NCBI RefSeq assembly: GCF_022347565.1
Contig: NZ_JAKRGH010000025.1
Location: 1 to 64,000, forward strand
Reading direction: 5' to 3'
Origin: Vibrio sp. Of7-15
Lineage (GTDB): Bacteria; Pseudomonadota; Gammaproteobacteria; Enterobacterales; Vibrionaceae
Length of the DNA: 64,000 nucleotides
Below, piece by piece: positions 40,692 through 50,171 of this stretch. How positions within the stretch are numbered: position 1 is the first letter of the stretch; each line of letters starts with the position of its first letter. The position numbers and the translations under genes were made by a program. The notes beneath the pieces were generated by a model. That model saw only the letters and a program-made list of their open reading frames with translations. It had not been told where the DNA came from and did not search any database.

Positions 40692-41465
40692 ATGAACACG
40701 TGTTTATCTGGAATCTGGACCAACTCTTTCGGCTCCAAAATGTCTCTCATCGTCGATGGTACTCAAATCATTGGTACCTATTCTTCTCATACTGGATCGA
40801 CTGGGGAATACCGCCTAATCGGTCATTGCTCGAAACTGAGTCCATCTGAGCAGTTAGGCCAAAGCATCGCTATCTCTATTTACTGGAAGAATATTCACGA
40901 TGGGGTTAAAGATGAAAGCTGGCATTGGTCTGGCACGATGTGTGGCCAACTACAACTAGATGGCACCATGACCTTAACCAACGCCATTGTGGTGTCAGTC
41001 GCATTTGAGCATTATCAGAAAGGAAATTACATTGATGAACTGGTATTTAGTAAAAATGGTCAACTCAGCCAACCCGAGATGGATGCGATCCACCAGCACT
41101 TCACGCTAAAAGAACCAACTTTGCCGTCTTATCCATTAGTCGGAAAATGGCAAAATAACACTCTCACGCTCGATATTAATCAGCCCCATCCCATCTCCGG
41201 CTACACACAAGCACACTTAATTACACCAGGTATCGAGCTCACCCTTTCTGGCTTTATCGATGTAGATGCACACAAAAATATGGCACAAAGTTTATCACTG
41301 TCAGGCTATAACCCCATTACAGAAGAAACCATATCCATGTCAGGTATGCTTGATTACAGCAGCCATCATTTAACCTTATATTCTTGGTCAGCACAACCAA
41401 CGTCACCTGAAGACAGCTTCATGCAAACACAAATGAGGGCCCTTCAGTTTGAAAAGAGCGGATAA
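40692..41465 (+). CDS. Tandem avidin/streptavidin-like domain protein, no signal peptide
   Basis: Residues 5-125 align with the streptavidin core: GIWTNSFGSKMSL..GTYSSHTGSTGEYRLIG...ISIYWKN...WHWSGT against GTWYNQLGSTFIV..GTYESAVGNAESRYVLTG...WTVAWKN...TTWSGQ. Several biotin-contact positions (Asn, Ser, Tyr, Ser, Trp, Trp) are retained. A second, weaker repeat (LVGKWQNNTLTL...ISGYTQ...LTLYSWSA) follows. It is 16 bp downstream of the A1 protease gene. Confidence 0.7.
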   Translation: MNTCLSGIWTNSFGSKMSLIVDGTQIIGTYSSHTGSTGEYRLIGHCSKLSPSEQLGQSIAISIYWKNIHDGVKDESWHWSGTMCGQLQLDGTMTLTNAIVVSVAFEHYQKGNYIDELVFSKNGQLSQPEMDAIHQHFTLKEPTLPSYPLVGKWQNNTLTLDINQPHPISGYTQAHLITPGIELTLSGFIDVDAHKNMAQSLSLSGYNPITEETISMSGMLDYSSHHLTLYSWSAQPTSPEDSFMQTQMRALQFEKSG

Positions 41466-41866
41466 AGAGGCTTTTCTTTAAGTAAGTTAGTTAATGGCAA
41501 AAACAGTGGTTCAGGTAGGTGGTTCACATCGCACCATTGCCACTGTTTACATTTATCGATTTCTTTTACTTCAGGCTCACCTGAATGGCACTCAGCAGCA
41601 ACAAACAGAGTAATATAATGCTTGCCTTCTTCTTTGAAAATGTCATTCGTAAAACTAAGCTTGGTTACGGATTCAATGGCTAACCCCGTTTCTTCAAAAA
41701 CCTCACGTTGAGCGCATTTCTCTATGCTCTCACCAACTTCCAAATGCCCACCCGGAGTAGCCCACGTGTTTGCACCATGAGAGCCAATTCGCTCTCCCAA
41801 TAAGATTCGATTATTCCTGATAATAATACACCTACCCCAACTCGAACTTCTTTCGTCATCGTTTAC
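41444..41866 (-). CDS. NUDIX hydrolase, N-terminus apparently frameshifted
   Basis: Nudix box GGHLEVGESIEKCAQREVFEETGL. The ORF as listed starts at Met 41800 inside the fold. A canonical N-terminus (MTKEVRVGVGVLL…) exists from ATG 41866 in another frame, and the two frames meet at a TTATTATTAT run. Confidence 0.6.
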   Translation of the reverse strand, partial: VNDDERSSSWGRCIIIRNNRILLGERIGSHGANTWATPGGHLEVGESIEKCAQREVFEETGLAIESVTKLSFTNDIFKEEGKHYITLFVAAECHSGEPEVKEIDKCKQWQWCDVNHLPEPLFLPLTNLLKEKPLYPLFSN

Positions 41867-41888
41867 ATTCCTTTTTATCCCTGATCGA

Positions 41889-42224
41889 CTACCAAACCAG
41901 CACTTTAAAAATACACAAAATGAGACTCACCGATATCAGCCCTATCCAGCCTAATATTTGGGTCACTTTTTCAGGTGAGGCCGGATTAAAATGAGGGAAC
42001 AATATCGCCCCGAAAGAAACTAAAGGAACATATTCATAAAGCTGGCCTGTCCTCACCGAGGTTCCATTTAATTGAGAAGGTAAAAATAAATAGACAACGA
42101 TATACAGCGCCATAAATACCATGGCACAATAGATTTGCCGTTCGACAAACTCACCGCGATTGACGTAAAAAAAGCACAGAGCTAAGCCCAGTGCCACTCC
42201 TATCAAAACCATAAAGGCCCACAC
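41889..42224 (-). CDS. Hypothetical small membrane protein
   Basis: Three hydrophobic helices on a 111-aa protein. Confidence 0.4.
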   Translation of the reverse strand: MWAFMVLIGVALGLALCFFYVNRGEFVERQIYCAMVFMALYIVVYLFLPSQLNGTSVRTGQLYEYVPLVSFGAILFPHFNPASPEKVTQILGWIGLISVSLILCIFKVLVW

Positions 42225-42277
42225 TCCCTCACTTTCAGAACTAAATCAGCTTCTCTGCCATAACACCACACCAAAGG

Positions 42278-42904
42278 TTAGCCATCACTCTTAAGCTGTT
42301 TATTAGCCGCAGATCTTACACGGAGCTCAGAGCCAAACAAAATTAGCGCCCCCAAGCTAAAACTAAGTACATGCCCGAGCTTAGGAAGGTGATACTCACT
42401 AAAAAACACATCTAAAGAAAAGGCAGGCAAAATGGTTAAGACTAAGACAAAAAACGCAATACGCCCGACCACCTCCCCTTTCAAGAATTTAACTAACCCA
42501 GCAGCAGCTAAACCTAACACAGCCTGAGATGCACCTGTACCCAAATTCCAAGGCTCAGGGACTGTAAACGTACTTGCGAATGTACCAATGGAACCCGCTA
42601 CAAACCAAATTGAAAGAAAGGTCATCGATCCAATTTTACATTCAAACAAAAAACCAAGAGCCACGAGAGACAAAACATTGTAAATCATATGAGGTTGCTT
42701 CACATGAATTAACTGGGAAGCAACCAGCCTCCAAAGTTCATAGTTCAAAAGATGCTTAAACGTATAGCCGCCATATGGCTCTAGCTCAGGCACTTTGATT
42801 TGTCCAAATAGCGAACCTGATATCTGATAATGAACCACTAATGACACTATCACCGTCGCTAATGCCAATAAAATAGTCACATATGGTAGACATCTGGATA
42901 CCAC
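42278..42904 (-). CDS. Rhomboid-family intramembrane serine protease, rhombosortase candidate
   Basis: Rhomboid TM2 motif WRLVASQLIHVKQPHMIYNVLSL (WR…H…H..N), a TM4 Ser motif GASQAVLGL (GxSx), and the TM6 His in GHVLSFSLGAL. Its small size (208 aa) is typical of rhombosortase. Two GlyGly-CTERM substrates are encoded about 10 kb upstream. Confidence 0.6.
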   Translation of the reverse strand: MVSRCLPYVTILLALATVIVSLVVHYQISGSLFGQIKVPELEPYGGYTFKHLLNYELWRLVASQLIHVKQPHMIYNVLSLVALGFLFECKIGSMTFLSIWFVAGSIGTFASTFTVPEPWNLGTGASQAVLGLAAAGLVKFLKGEVVGRIAFFVLVLTILPAFSLDVFFSEYHLPKLGHVLSFSLGALILFGSELRVRSAANKQLKSDG

Positions 42905-43060
42905 AGTTACCTCCTTTGTTGCTAACGGTCAATTAAGTAGTGTAAGAAATACTTCCATCTACGCTATTTCACTGTAAACACTACGTCGATTTAATTATTC
43001 CTTCGTTTGAAAAACAATTAAAAGAAGTGATAGTCAAAATAGAAAAAGCAATAACTCGCA

Positions 43061-43453
43061 TCACATCAAAACTTCAACCCCTAACAACTGTGCACCAACT
43101 TTTGAATTACAGTTACCTTTTTGCAAATACAGCATGACTTCTTTTTTTTGTGCCTGAGCGGTCATCAACAATGACTGCCACGTCGTAGTCCACCCCTCAT
43201 TCCATGCATTAGGGCTTGGAGAAGCATAGCCAACAATATTGTTCGCTTCTGTCACGGTGCAACTAGGTATAGAGATTGAACCGTTAAATTTAACGAATAA
43301 TTTAGATCTTGAGTGATTCCCAGCAGGCTGATCGACATAGTGCCCCATACTTGTCACAGTAACAGGGCCATACCACGCCCCCAATTCAGCATATGTCTTA
43401 GTAATCCCTAATGACATCATGATAATTCCAAATAACCACATTCTTTTTTTCAT
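43061..43453 (-). CDS. Small secreted two-Cys protein, orphan
   Basis: Signal peptide MKKRMWLFGIIMMSLGITKTYA. The mature part is about 110 aa with two Cys. A loose resemblance to AB5-toxin B-pentamer subunits (C-terminal MTAQAQKKEVMLYLQKGNCNS against LT-II B MTAEMRKIAMAAVLSGMRVNMC) is unverified. Confidence 0.4.
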   Translation of the reverse strand: MKKRMWLFGIIMMSLGITKTYAELGAWYGPVTVTSMGHYVDQPAGNHSRSKLFVKFNGSISIPSCTVTEANNIVGYASPSPNAWNEGWTTTWQSLLMTAQAQKKEVMLYLQKGNCNSKVGAQLLGVEVLM

Positions 43454-43699
43454 TTTAACGCCCTCCATTGTTAAAAACTTATAATTAACGCCAAATTAAA
43501 TAGCAAAATAAGGCTAACACTTACCCAAAATATCAAGTATAAATTCTGCCTAATTTTAGCTGATTCAGACCAATCAATTTTCCACTCCACCTCCGAAATA
43601 TAACGCTTAGAAAAACAGTGAAAGGTAACAGGCTAAGTTGACGAAAAGTTGGGTGTCGGCCAAGTACTTAACGCCATTTTTGATGTGTTTGCTATGTTT

Positions 43700-44185
43700 C
43701 TAACACTCGGTATCGTCAATAAATCCAACTAAGTCGGAAGCTAACTTACGATTACGCTGGCTTTCACCCACTAAGTTAGCTAATTCAAAAAACTTAGGGT
43801 AAAACTCTTCTATGTCTTTTTGTACATCGGATTTTAACTGCCCGTAAAGGTGAAAAGTTTCTTGAGTTAATTCTGGAACAAATGCGCAATAAATATCAGT
43901 TAATATTTCAAGAGCACAATTTTTTGAAACTTCGTAGCTCCCTTCAATAGCTGTAATTAAGATAAATCTTAACGCTTCTTTAATCGCAGAATAATATGTA
44001 CCTCCATGATTATTACCAATAGCGAATAACACTTGGTTATAAACATCTTCATTGATACTTTCATCATCCAAACTGACTAAAGCAATTAAAGCAGGAGCAA
44101 CATCATTAGGTTTGTAATACTCGATATCTTTGTATTTTTCCCAATCAATAGATTTAATTTCCTCTACTATGCTCAACGTACCCAC
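43700..44185 (-). CDS. Hypothetical cytoplasmic protein
   Basis: A 161-aa acidic protein with no recognised family, in an AT-rich islet. Confidence 0.4.
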   Translation of the reverse strand: MGTLSIVEEIKSIDWEKYKDIEYYKPNDVAPALIALVSLDDESINEDVYNQVLFAIGNNHGGTYYSAIKEALRFILITAIEGSYEVSKNCALEILTDIYCAFVPELTQETFHLYGQLKSDVQKDIEEFYPKFFELANLVGESQRNRKLASDLVGFIDDTEC

Positions 44186-44291
44186 CTTAGAAATATAACG
44201 TATTAATTAACTGCACAAAGATAGCAGGCTAAAATTAGTGGTGACCAAGCGAAAACCTACTGCTTTTTTTTAAAAAATTTTTATATTTCAA

Positions 44292-44666
44292 CTATCTCAG
44301 CGCTTGTTCAACTGCGCATTGCAGTAATCCCTCATTTTCATATAACTCTCGATACTCAGCTAAAGGTAAATTACCTTCATTATATTGTTTTTCAAAGAAG
44401 ATTCGTAAACGCCATTCGTCCGGATTTAACTTGTCGAAGTCAAAATCAATTCCCCCAACATCCGCTGTTCGATAGATGTCTACACCAATGCCATGGGTGC
44501 AATACATCCAGTTAGTCCCAGGAATCGGGTTTGCTCCGCGATATTTTTTTTGAAGTATGTCTTCAGCTTTTTCTAATTGGAAAGATTGAACCAGTAACTC
44601 TTCAGCCCATTTTCTTTGGGCATACCACAAAGGAATAATCTTCCTGATTTTCTCAATATTATCCAT
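44292..44666 (-). CDS. Hypothetical cytoplasmic protein
   Basis: A 124-aa protein with no recognised family, in the same AT-rich islet. Confidence 0.4.
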   Translation of the reverse strand: MDNIEKIRKIIPLWYAQRKWAEELLVQSFQLEKAEDILQKKYRGANPIPGTNWMYCTHGIGVDIYRTADVGGIDFDFDKLNPDEWRLRIFFEKQYNEGNLPLAEYRELYENEGLLQCAVEQALR

Positions 44667-45203
44667 ATGTTCCTACAACATAATGCCGTATTAACTTGTG
44701 AGTTACGTCAATCAAGTAACTTAAAACCATTACGCCTTACAAAATTGAGCTCGGAGCACTAGCGTCAGGATTGCTCTTGAAGCGTTTATTAGATTCCCTA
44801 GACGATCAACTCAAAGTTATTTCTATAAAACGGAGTGTGATTAAACTCCGCAACTACACCGCAGTCTAAATCTGAAAATTTAACTTTATAAGAAGGTCCA
44901 TCAGTGTCAAAGAATAACCAACCTTTATTTTCAATAAGTAGACTCGCATCTTACCTTCTAATCTAGTAGGTTCACTACAAACACAAAAGAGTGAAAGTAA
45001 AATGTGTGATATTCGTATACTACACGGGTCGTTGGAAAATCATTGTCCTAATATTCACAAAAAGAGACTCAAATCACTTATGCACTTACACTGACTGTAT
45101 TAAGGCATGCCTCACTGAATAAGCAAAGCACACCGAGCTCCTTACCAAAACCGCCGAGTGTAAAGCATCGCTTGGATTGTATTGTTAAATTTAACACACA
45201 AGG

Positions 45204-45497
45204 TCAAAGGCTGGATTTAATCTTTCCACTTATGTACAGAAAAAAAGCACTAACAATTGAGAAAAAAGCAATAATTGTCATAAGAGCAAATGATAAAGGA
45301 TTCGTTATATCCGATAATAATAAGTCAAAGCTACCATCTGGTAATTTCGTCAAATAATAGGCAATTGCTCCACCATACAAACCTGTGAGCCAGAACAAAA
45401 CAAACCTAAACGACCACCTTAGTGAGCTTTCCCATTTGTTCATTTGAGAGACAAAAAAACTACTCCAAATACCTGACCAAACTAAGACATTATCCAT
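45204..45497 (-). CDS. Hypothetical small membrane protein
   Basis: Two or three TM helices on a 97-aa protein. Confidence 0.35.
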   Translation of the reverse strand: MDNVLVWSGIWSSFFVSQMNKWESSLRWSFRFVLFWLTGLYGGAIAYYLTKLPDGSFDLLLSDITNPLSFALMTIIAFFSIVSAFFLYISGKIKSSL

Positions 45498-45706
45498 AAT
45501 AACACCATATGCAACTACAATAATTACAGTTGTTTTAACACATTTTTATTATGTATCAAAGGCCGGAACCAATAGTAATTGAGACTTCAACAATAAGAAA
45601 AATTCATCGTTTTGTTTTTCCTTATGCTTGATTCGACATTTATCTATGAGTTACCTCTCAATCAGATATGAGATCAAATTAGAAAGGTATCTAACCTGAG
45701 ATCGGT

Positions 45707-45995
45707 TTAAGCCATTGTCATTAGTTCTGCTTTTTCAACAGGCGTAATATTCAGCGATGGCTTTTCTGGTTTTAAACAGTAAGCGATAATGATGGTCATT
45801 ATTTCACTTTCGGGCATTCGCTCTTTCTGGTTGCGCTTACGCTCTCCACTTTCTAGCTGCCACTTTTGCCACTGGGGTAGAAAAGCCTGACAAAAATCAT
45901 CGACATGACAAAATAAGTCTACTAACTTACGCATAGCTGGTTCCTTTGTGATGAGTCCTTCTTGGTCGAAAAATCTGATCGCAGAACCAGCTTTT
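45707..45995 (-). mobile_element. Truncated IS982-family insertion sequence remnant (5' end with the N-terminal 75 codons of the transposase)
   Basis: ORF MRKLVDLFCHVDDFCQAFLPQWQKWQL…MPESEIMTIIIAYCL matches the characteristic IS982 transposase N-terminus. The terminal region carries inverted repeats AGCTGGTTC…GAACCAGCT. The ORF stops after 75 aa and the rest of the IS is absent. Confidence 0.65.
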
Positions 45996-46061
45996 AGTTC
46001 CGTTCAGTTTTTATCCCTAATGCTGATAGTAGCCGCCTCCCACTCAAATGGAAAAGTTGTG

Positions 46062-46496
46062 ATGAACCAAAAACCGCTCATTCTTTTTTTTCTTGGTTTT
46101 GCCTTTTTTGTCTTGATTGGGAACCAATTTAATTTATTTGGAACCAGTAATGCAGACTCCTTTCCAAAGCTTCCATCAAAGCCTGATTTCACCGTTTCCC
46201 ATCAATTTGATGGCCAATGGCTAGGGCGAAGGATCAACACCACCAATAACAACATGTGCGAACGCACCACCATCACCGGAAGGGTTGTCGATGGCAAAGT
46301 CTCTCTTTTACTGACTTATAACGGTACACCGCTTCAAGGGTGGATCACTGAAAGTGGCGACTTAAGGCTCTATGCCAACCATCAACAGTGGGACTATCGT
46401 TTCTCGGGGAAGGCAATCAACAATAAAATTCAAGGAAAATGGCATTTAACCAATGGCCCATGCCAAGGGATTTGGTACATAGAACGGAAAAGTTAA
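46062..46496 (+). CDS. Hypothetical secreted protein
   Basis: Likely start MNQKPLILFFLGFAFFVLIGNQFNLFG, a signal peptide. Upstream in-frame codons overlap the IS remnant. Confidence 0.45.
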   Translation: MNQKPLILFFLGFAFFVLIGNQFNLFGTSNADSFPKLPSKPDFTVSHQFDGQWLGRRINTTNNNMCERTTITGRVVDGKVSLLLTYNGTPLQGWITESGDLRLYANHQQWDYRFSGKAINNKIQGKWHLTNGPCQGIWYIERKS

Positions 46497-46551
46497 CAAC
46501 AATTATTCTCCGCCGATCATTCAGGCATTACCATTAAAGACAGGAGACAAG

Positions 46552-46938
46552 ATGATCCTTATATACGGAATTAAAGAACGGTTAAATCCCATCAAAGCTG
46601 ACCTATCCGAGGTTATTCACGCTTGTATGGGATCCGTTATTGGCTTACCAGAAGACAAACGTGCCCACCGCTTTATTCCCATGAACCGAGACGATTTTTA
46701 TTACCCCGGAGGAAGAAGTGATGTTTATACGGTGATTGAAATTAACATGATGGAAGGCCGTAAAGTTGAAACCAAAAAAGCCCTGATCAAATCTCTATTT
46801 ACCCATATTGAGAGTAAGCTGGGTATTTCACCGATCGATATCGAAATCACCATCAAAGAACAACCAGCACACTGCTGGGGCTTTCGTGGTATCACAGGGG
46901 ATGAAGTGAACGATCTCAAATACCAAGTTAATGTCTAA
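46552..46938 (+). CDS. Tautomerase-family (long 4-OT-like) protein
   Basis: Begins MI and has conserved basic residues in an approximately 128-aa, tautomerase_3-like layout. The assignment is by pattern only. Confidence 0.4.
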   Translation: MILIYGIKERLNPIKADLSEVIHACMGSVIGLPEDKRAHRFIPMNRDDFYYPGGRSDVYTVIEINMMEGRKVETKKALIKSLFTHIESKLGISPIDIEITIKEQPAHCWGFRGITGDEVNDLKYQVNV

Positions 46939-47507
46939 AAGATTTATCTCAGATAAGTAGACATACACCAAAACAGCAAAACATCACGGTATCTAGCATT
47001 AACCACTCGTGGCTCTGGGCATCCTGTTGTCGCGGACAACGGTTTGCTTATTCAAAAGTAAACGTCTAGCCTCATGGTTCTACCCTATGTTTTCACTGAT
47101 ATAGAATTGCAGTTGAGGCTATTCCATGTTCATCAACATAAACTATAGAGAAAATATAAATCAAAGAAAGCATTTATCACTCAAAAATATAATAATCTAG
47201 TTCGATATAACCTATAGCAAATATAAATAAAAGCCAATAAAGCAGGACTGAACTATAAGCCTAATTAAGCAACCACACCAATACAACTCCACTCTATCGG
47301 CTAAAAGTTAAATTATTCCAGCGATATATGATTTTGAGCCATAACTATAACCTCTAGATAATAAATGGTATTTTTATTTATTATGTACAATATTCAAAAT
47401 ATCAAAAACCGATATTGACATATATATAACTAATCATTCACTATGCACTAGAAAAAGCTATTCTCACAAAACATTCACCCACAAAACTAGATAGAAGGAA
47501 ATAAATT

Positions 47508-48443
47508 ATGCCAGTTGATGTTGGTCAAAAAATAAATCAACAGCTAAAAAAAGGGCCTATGGTTCCAGGGTTTGTAGCTGATCCAATTGGTGCCGAGTTA
47601 GATAGCCTTGTTATTAGTAAACTTGAACAGACGATGATTTTTAACAATGCCAAGATGAAGTTTTCTGCATCAATAAGTCAGGTTGCAGCTCAAAAAATAC
47701 AATCCGCGCTTGTACCTAAAATGAATTTTACTAACTCATTTGAACCCTCTTTTAAGTTTGACGCGAATAAAAATGAATTAGTTACTCGAAGCTACATGGA
47801 AACAACGAAATCGGCGTATGACATAGCAACTAGAAGTAAAGGCTACAGGATTAAGAAAAAACTTGTGCATATGATTCGCGAGCAAAAAAAGAAGCCACTT
47901 AAGATACTAACAATGCCTTTGACTCTCCTTCCCTATGGCAAGCTTGTCAGCAATACCATTAATGCAATAGGAGGAGGGGTAGATAAAGCAAGAAGAAAAC
48001 GTAAAAAAGAGCAGTATGGACACAATAATATAGAGCAGTTAACAGCTAGCTTAGGTGAAGAAAAAGCACTGAGAAAAGTAGCTAAGTGGCAGGCTAAAGA
48101 TATATCCGAGCTGGGACCGAAAATTCAACGAAATCTGCATAAGCTAAAACATGCTTCGGCCATGTTAAATCAACGTCAAAGTAAGCTAGAGCTTTTAATC
48201 GAAAGGCAATTCTCGATTGATAGTCATCTTCAAGCAAATAGCAGTACATGGGAAAGAAAAATAGAGACTGCCCGCGGAGAGCTCGCCATGAGTTACCATG
48301 AAGTGAGACATTATATTGATAAAATACAAGACATGAGCAAAACGATGCAAACAACCATGCTCGATATTAATGCTCATATGGCTTATTTAGATGCAGTAGT
48401 CGAAGGAAGTGAAGAGGTTATTGAATGGTCGCTGGATTACTAA
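47508..48443 (+). CDS. Hypothetical coiled-coil protein with a basic patch
   Basis: A 311-aa protein with a KARRKRKKEQ cluster, predicted helical, and no family recognised. It is preceded by about 550 bp of very AT-rich DNA. Confidence 0.45.
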   Translation: MPVDVGQKINQQLKKGPMVPGFVADPIGAELDSLVISKLEQTMIFNNAKMKFSASISQVAAQKIQSALVPKMNFTNSFEPSFKFDANKNELVTRSYMETTKSAYDIATRSKGYRIKKKLVHMIREQKKKPLKILTMPLTLLPYGKLVSNTINAIGGGVDKARRKRKKEQYGHNNIEQLTASLGEEKALRKVAKWQAKDISELGPKIQRNLHKLKHASAMLNQRQSKLELLIERQFSIDSHLQANSSTWERKIETARGELAMSYHEVRHYIDKIQDMSKTMQTTMLDINAHMAYLDAVVEGSEEVIEWSLDY

Positions 48444-48544
48444 TTGTTAACGAGCACCTTTTAGACTTTAAAGAGTTGATATAGATCTCTGTAAGTCATG
48501 GCGTCTTTTAATTTAGACCCTGTCATTTATGGTCGTTATTTCTA

Positions 48545-48735
48545 ATATTCAACCTTTGTGGTTATGCTTGCGCTCTTCATTTTTTAATTACCACTTTTTC
48601 CACTTAGGTAGAAAGGCCTGATAACAATCATCGACATAAAAAATTGGTCTACTCACTGACGGATAGCTGGTTCCTTGGTAATCAAGCTTTCTTAATCGAA
48701 AGTTCTGATCTTAGAACCAGCTTTTATTATCTAGA
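48545..48735 (-). mobile_element. Second, shorter and degenerate IS982 5'-end remnant
   Basis: About 75-80% identical to 45800-45995 (CCACTTTTTCCACTTAGGTAGAAAGGCCTGATAACAATCATCGACAT…TAGCTGGTTCCTTGGTAAT…AGAACCAGCTTTTA), including the AGCTGGTTC/GAACCAGCT inverted repeats. The transposase ATG is mutated (ATC). Confidence 0.6.
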
Positions 48736-48747
48736 ATTCAGGTTCAG

Positions 48748-50043
48748 TTACGATTGGCTAGCCATACAGTTGGCATAGTAAGTCACTGTTGCTGGCCAAT
48801 CACTGAATACCCCCATTACACCAACATCTTGAGCAAGCACGTCCAGCATTTTCATCATGTCACCATCATTATTAATACCCTGCTGAACACTTTTGTAATA
48901 CCAACCGCCACCTTGTGCTAGTGGGCCAGAACGCTCTAACGTCCACGCAATGATATCAAGATCTGCTTCTTTGGCTAACTTCGCATAGTGAGATGCCACC
49001 AGCTCATTTTTGTCATCCAATTCAACTAGAGCGAACAGCGGCGGCGCAATAATATTAACACCAGCATCACGCAGATCTTTCATATTCTCGGCTGACGCAA
49101 TAAAATCTTTTTGTTCATACATACGAGCGTCCAAATATACGGCTTGTTTACCGAAACTTGGAGTTTCATTAATCCAGTATTTCACATCACCTAAATCAAA
49201 AGATTGCAAATACGTTTCAGATGGCTTGAAACCAGCCGCTTTCAGCTCATCGACCAACTTTTGCGCATACATTTCCTGAGTAAAGCCATCAAAGGGCATC
49301 TCAACCGCGGCAGACTTCAATTCGGGAGTCACTTTTACGCCATGCTTTTTAAACAAGGCCGCACTTTCTGCGTGAGTCATCAATGTACCGTTTTGACTGT
49401 ACAAATCAGTTCGCCAACTCGGAGTACCATTCATGTATTCTTCAGCCGTGGTGGCTTTGGGGTTTGCACCATCCATTTTCCCTTTCAGCGTTTTAAACTC
49501 TGCTAAAGTAAAATCAGACGTGCGGCACTCTACTTGAGCCTCTTCCCCCGTCGCAGGGTTGGCTGGCTTAAATGGCACAGAACATTTTTTCGCAAGTTCT
49601 GGGTGAGCTAATACATCTGTTGTTGTATGAAGATCACTTTGCGAGTGGCGGCAAACGAGCTGTTTGTCTTTCGTGAAAGTCACGTCACACTCCACCACGC
49701 CTGCTCCCATTTGAATCGCCGCTAAGTACGACTCTTTAGTATGTTCAGGAAACTGCATAGCCGCGCCGCGGTGACCAATTGAAAATTCACTTCGATAAAA
49801 AGGCCCTTCACTGCAACTCAATAACTTAGATTTTAGCGGCCCTTCGTCCATATTATTCACTAAAAAAAGAGGACGAGGCCCTAAGTTTGCTGGTGGTTGA
49901 GCTGCCAACGCCGTCACCGAGCTCACTCCCAGCATAAGCGCAATAGAGCCTTTTACAAATTGCTTCACTTTGTATCTCCTTACACAAACCATTTTTCTTA
50001 TAAATATGCTATTCAACCCTACTTTACAGCGATGAATATGCAT
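48748..50043 (-). CDS. Glycerophosphodiester phosphodiesterase family protein (GlpQ-like), secreted
   Basis: GDPD catalytic motif [20 protein letters not shown] and E/D-rich metal site ECDVTFTKD. Signal peptide [18 protein letters not shown]. Confidence 0.8.
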   Translation of the reverse strand: MHIHRCKVGLNSIFIRKMVCVRRYKVKQFVKGSIALMLGVSSVTALAAQPPANLGPRPLFLVNNMDEGPLKSKLLSCSEGPFYRSEFSIGHRGAAMQFPEHTKESYLAAIQMGAGVVECDVTFTKDKQLVCRHSQSDLHTTTDVLAHPELAKKCSVPFKPANPATGEEAQVECRTSDFTLAEFKTLKGKMDGANPKATTAEEYMNGTPSWRTDLYSQNGTLMTHAESAALFKKHGVKVTPELKSAAVEMPFDGFTQEMYAQKLVDELKAAGFKPSETYLQSFDLGDVKYWINETPSFGKQAVYLDARMYEQKDFIASAENMKDLRDAGVNIIAPPLFALVELDDKNELVASHYAKLAKEADLDIIAWTLERSGPLAQGGGWYYKSVQQGINNDGDMMKMLDVLAQDVGVMGVFSDWPATVTYYANCMASQS

Positions 50044-50171
50044 TTACATTGATATCTTTAATGACCTGCGCCATGCTAACAGTAAAAGGCTCTTATTTAC
50101 AATGAGTTATATGTTATAACATGACTGTTAACCTACCTTATTTTACTCGAATGTTGATTAACACCGAATTT

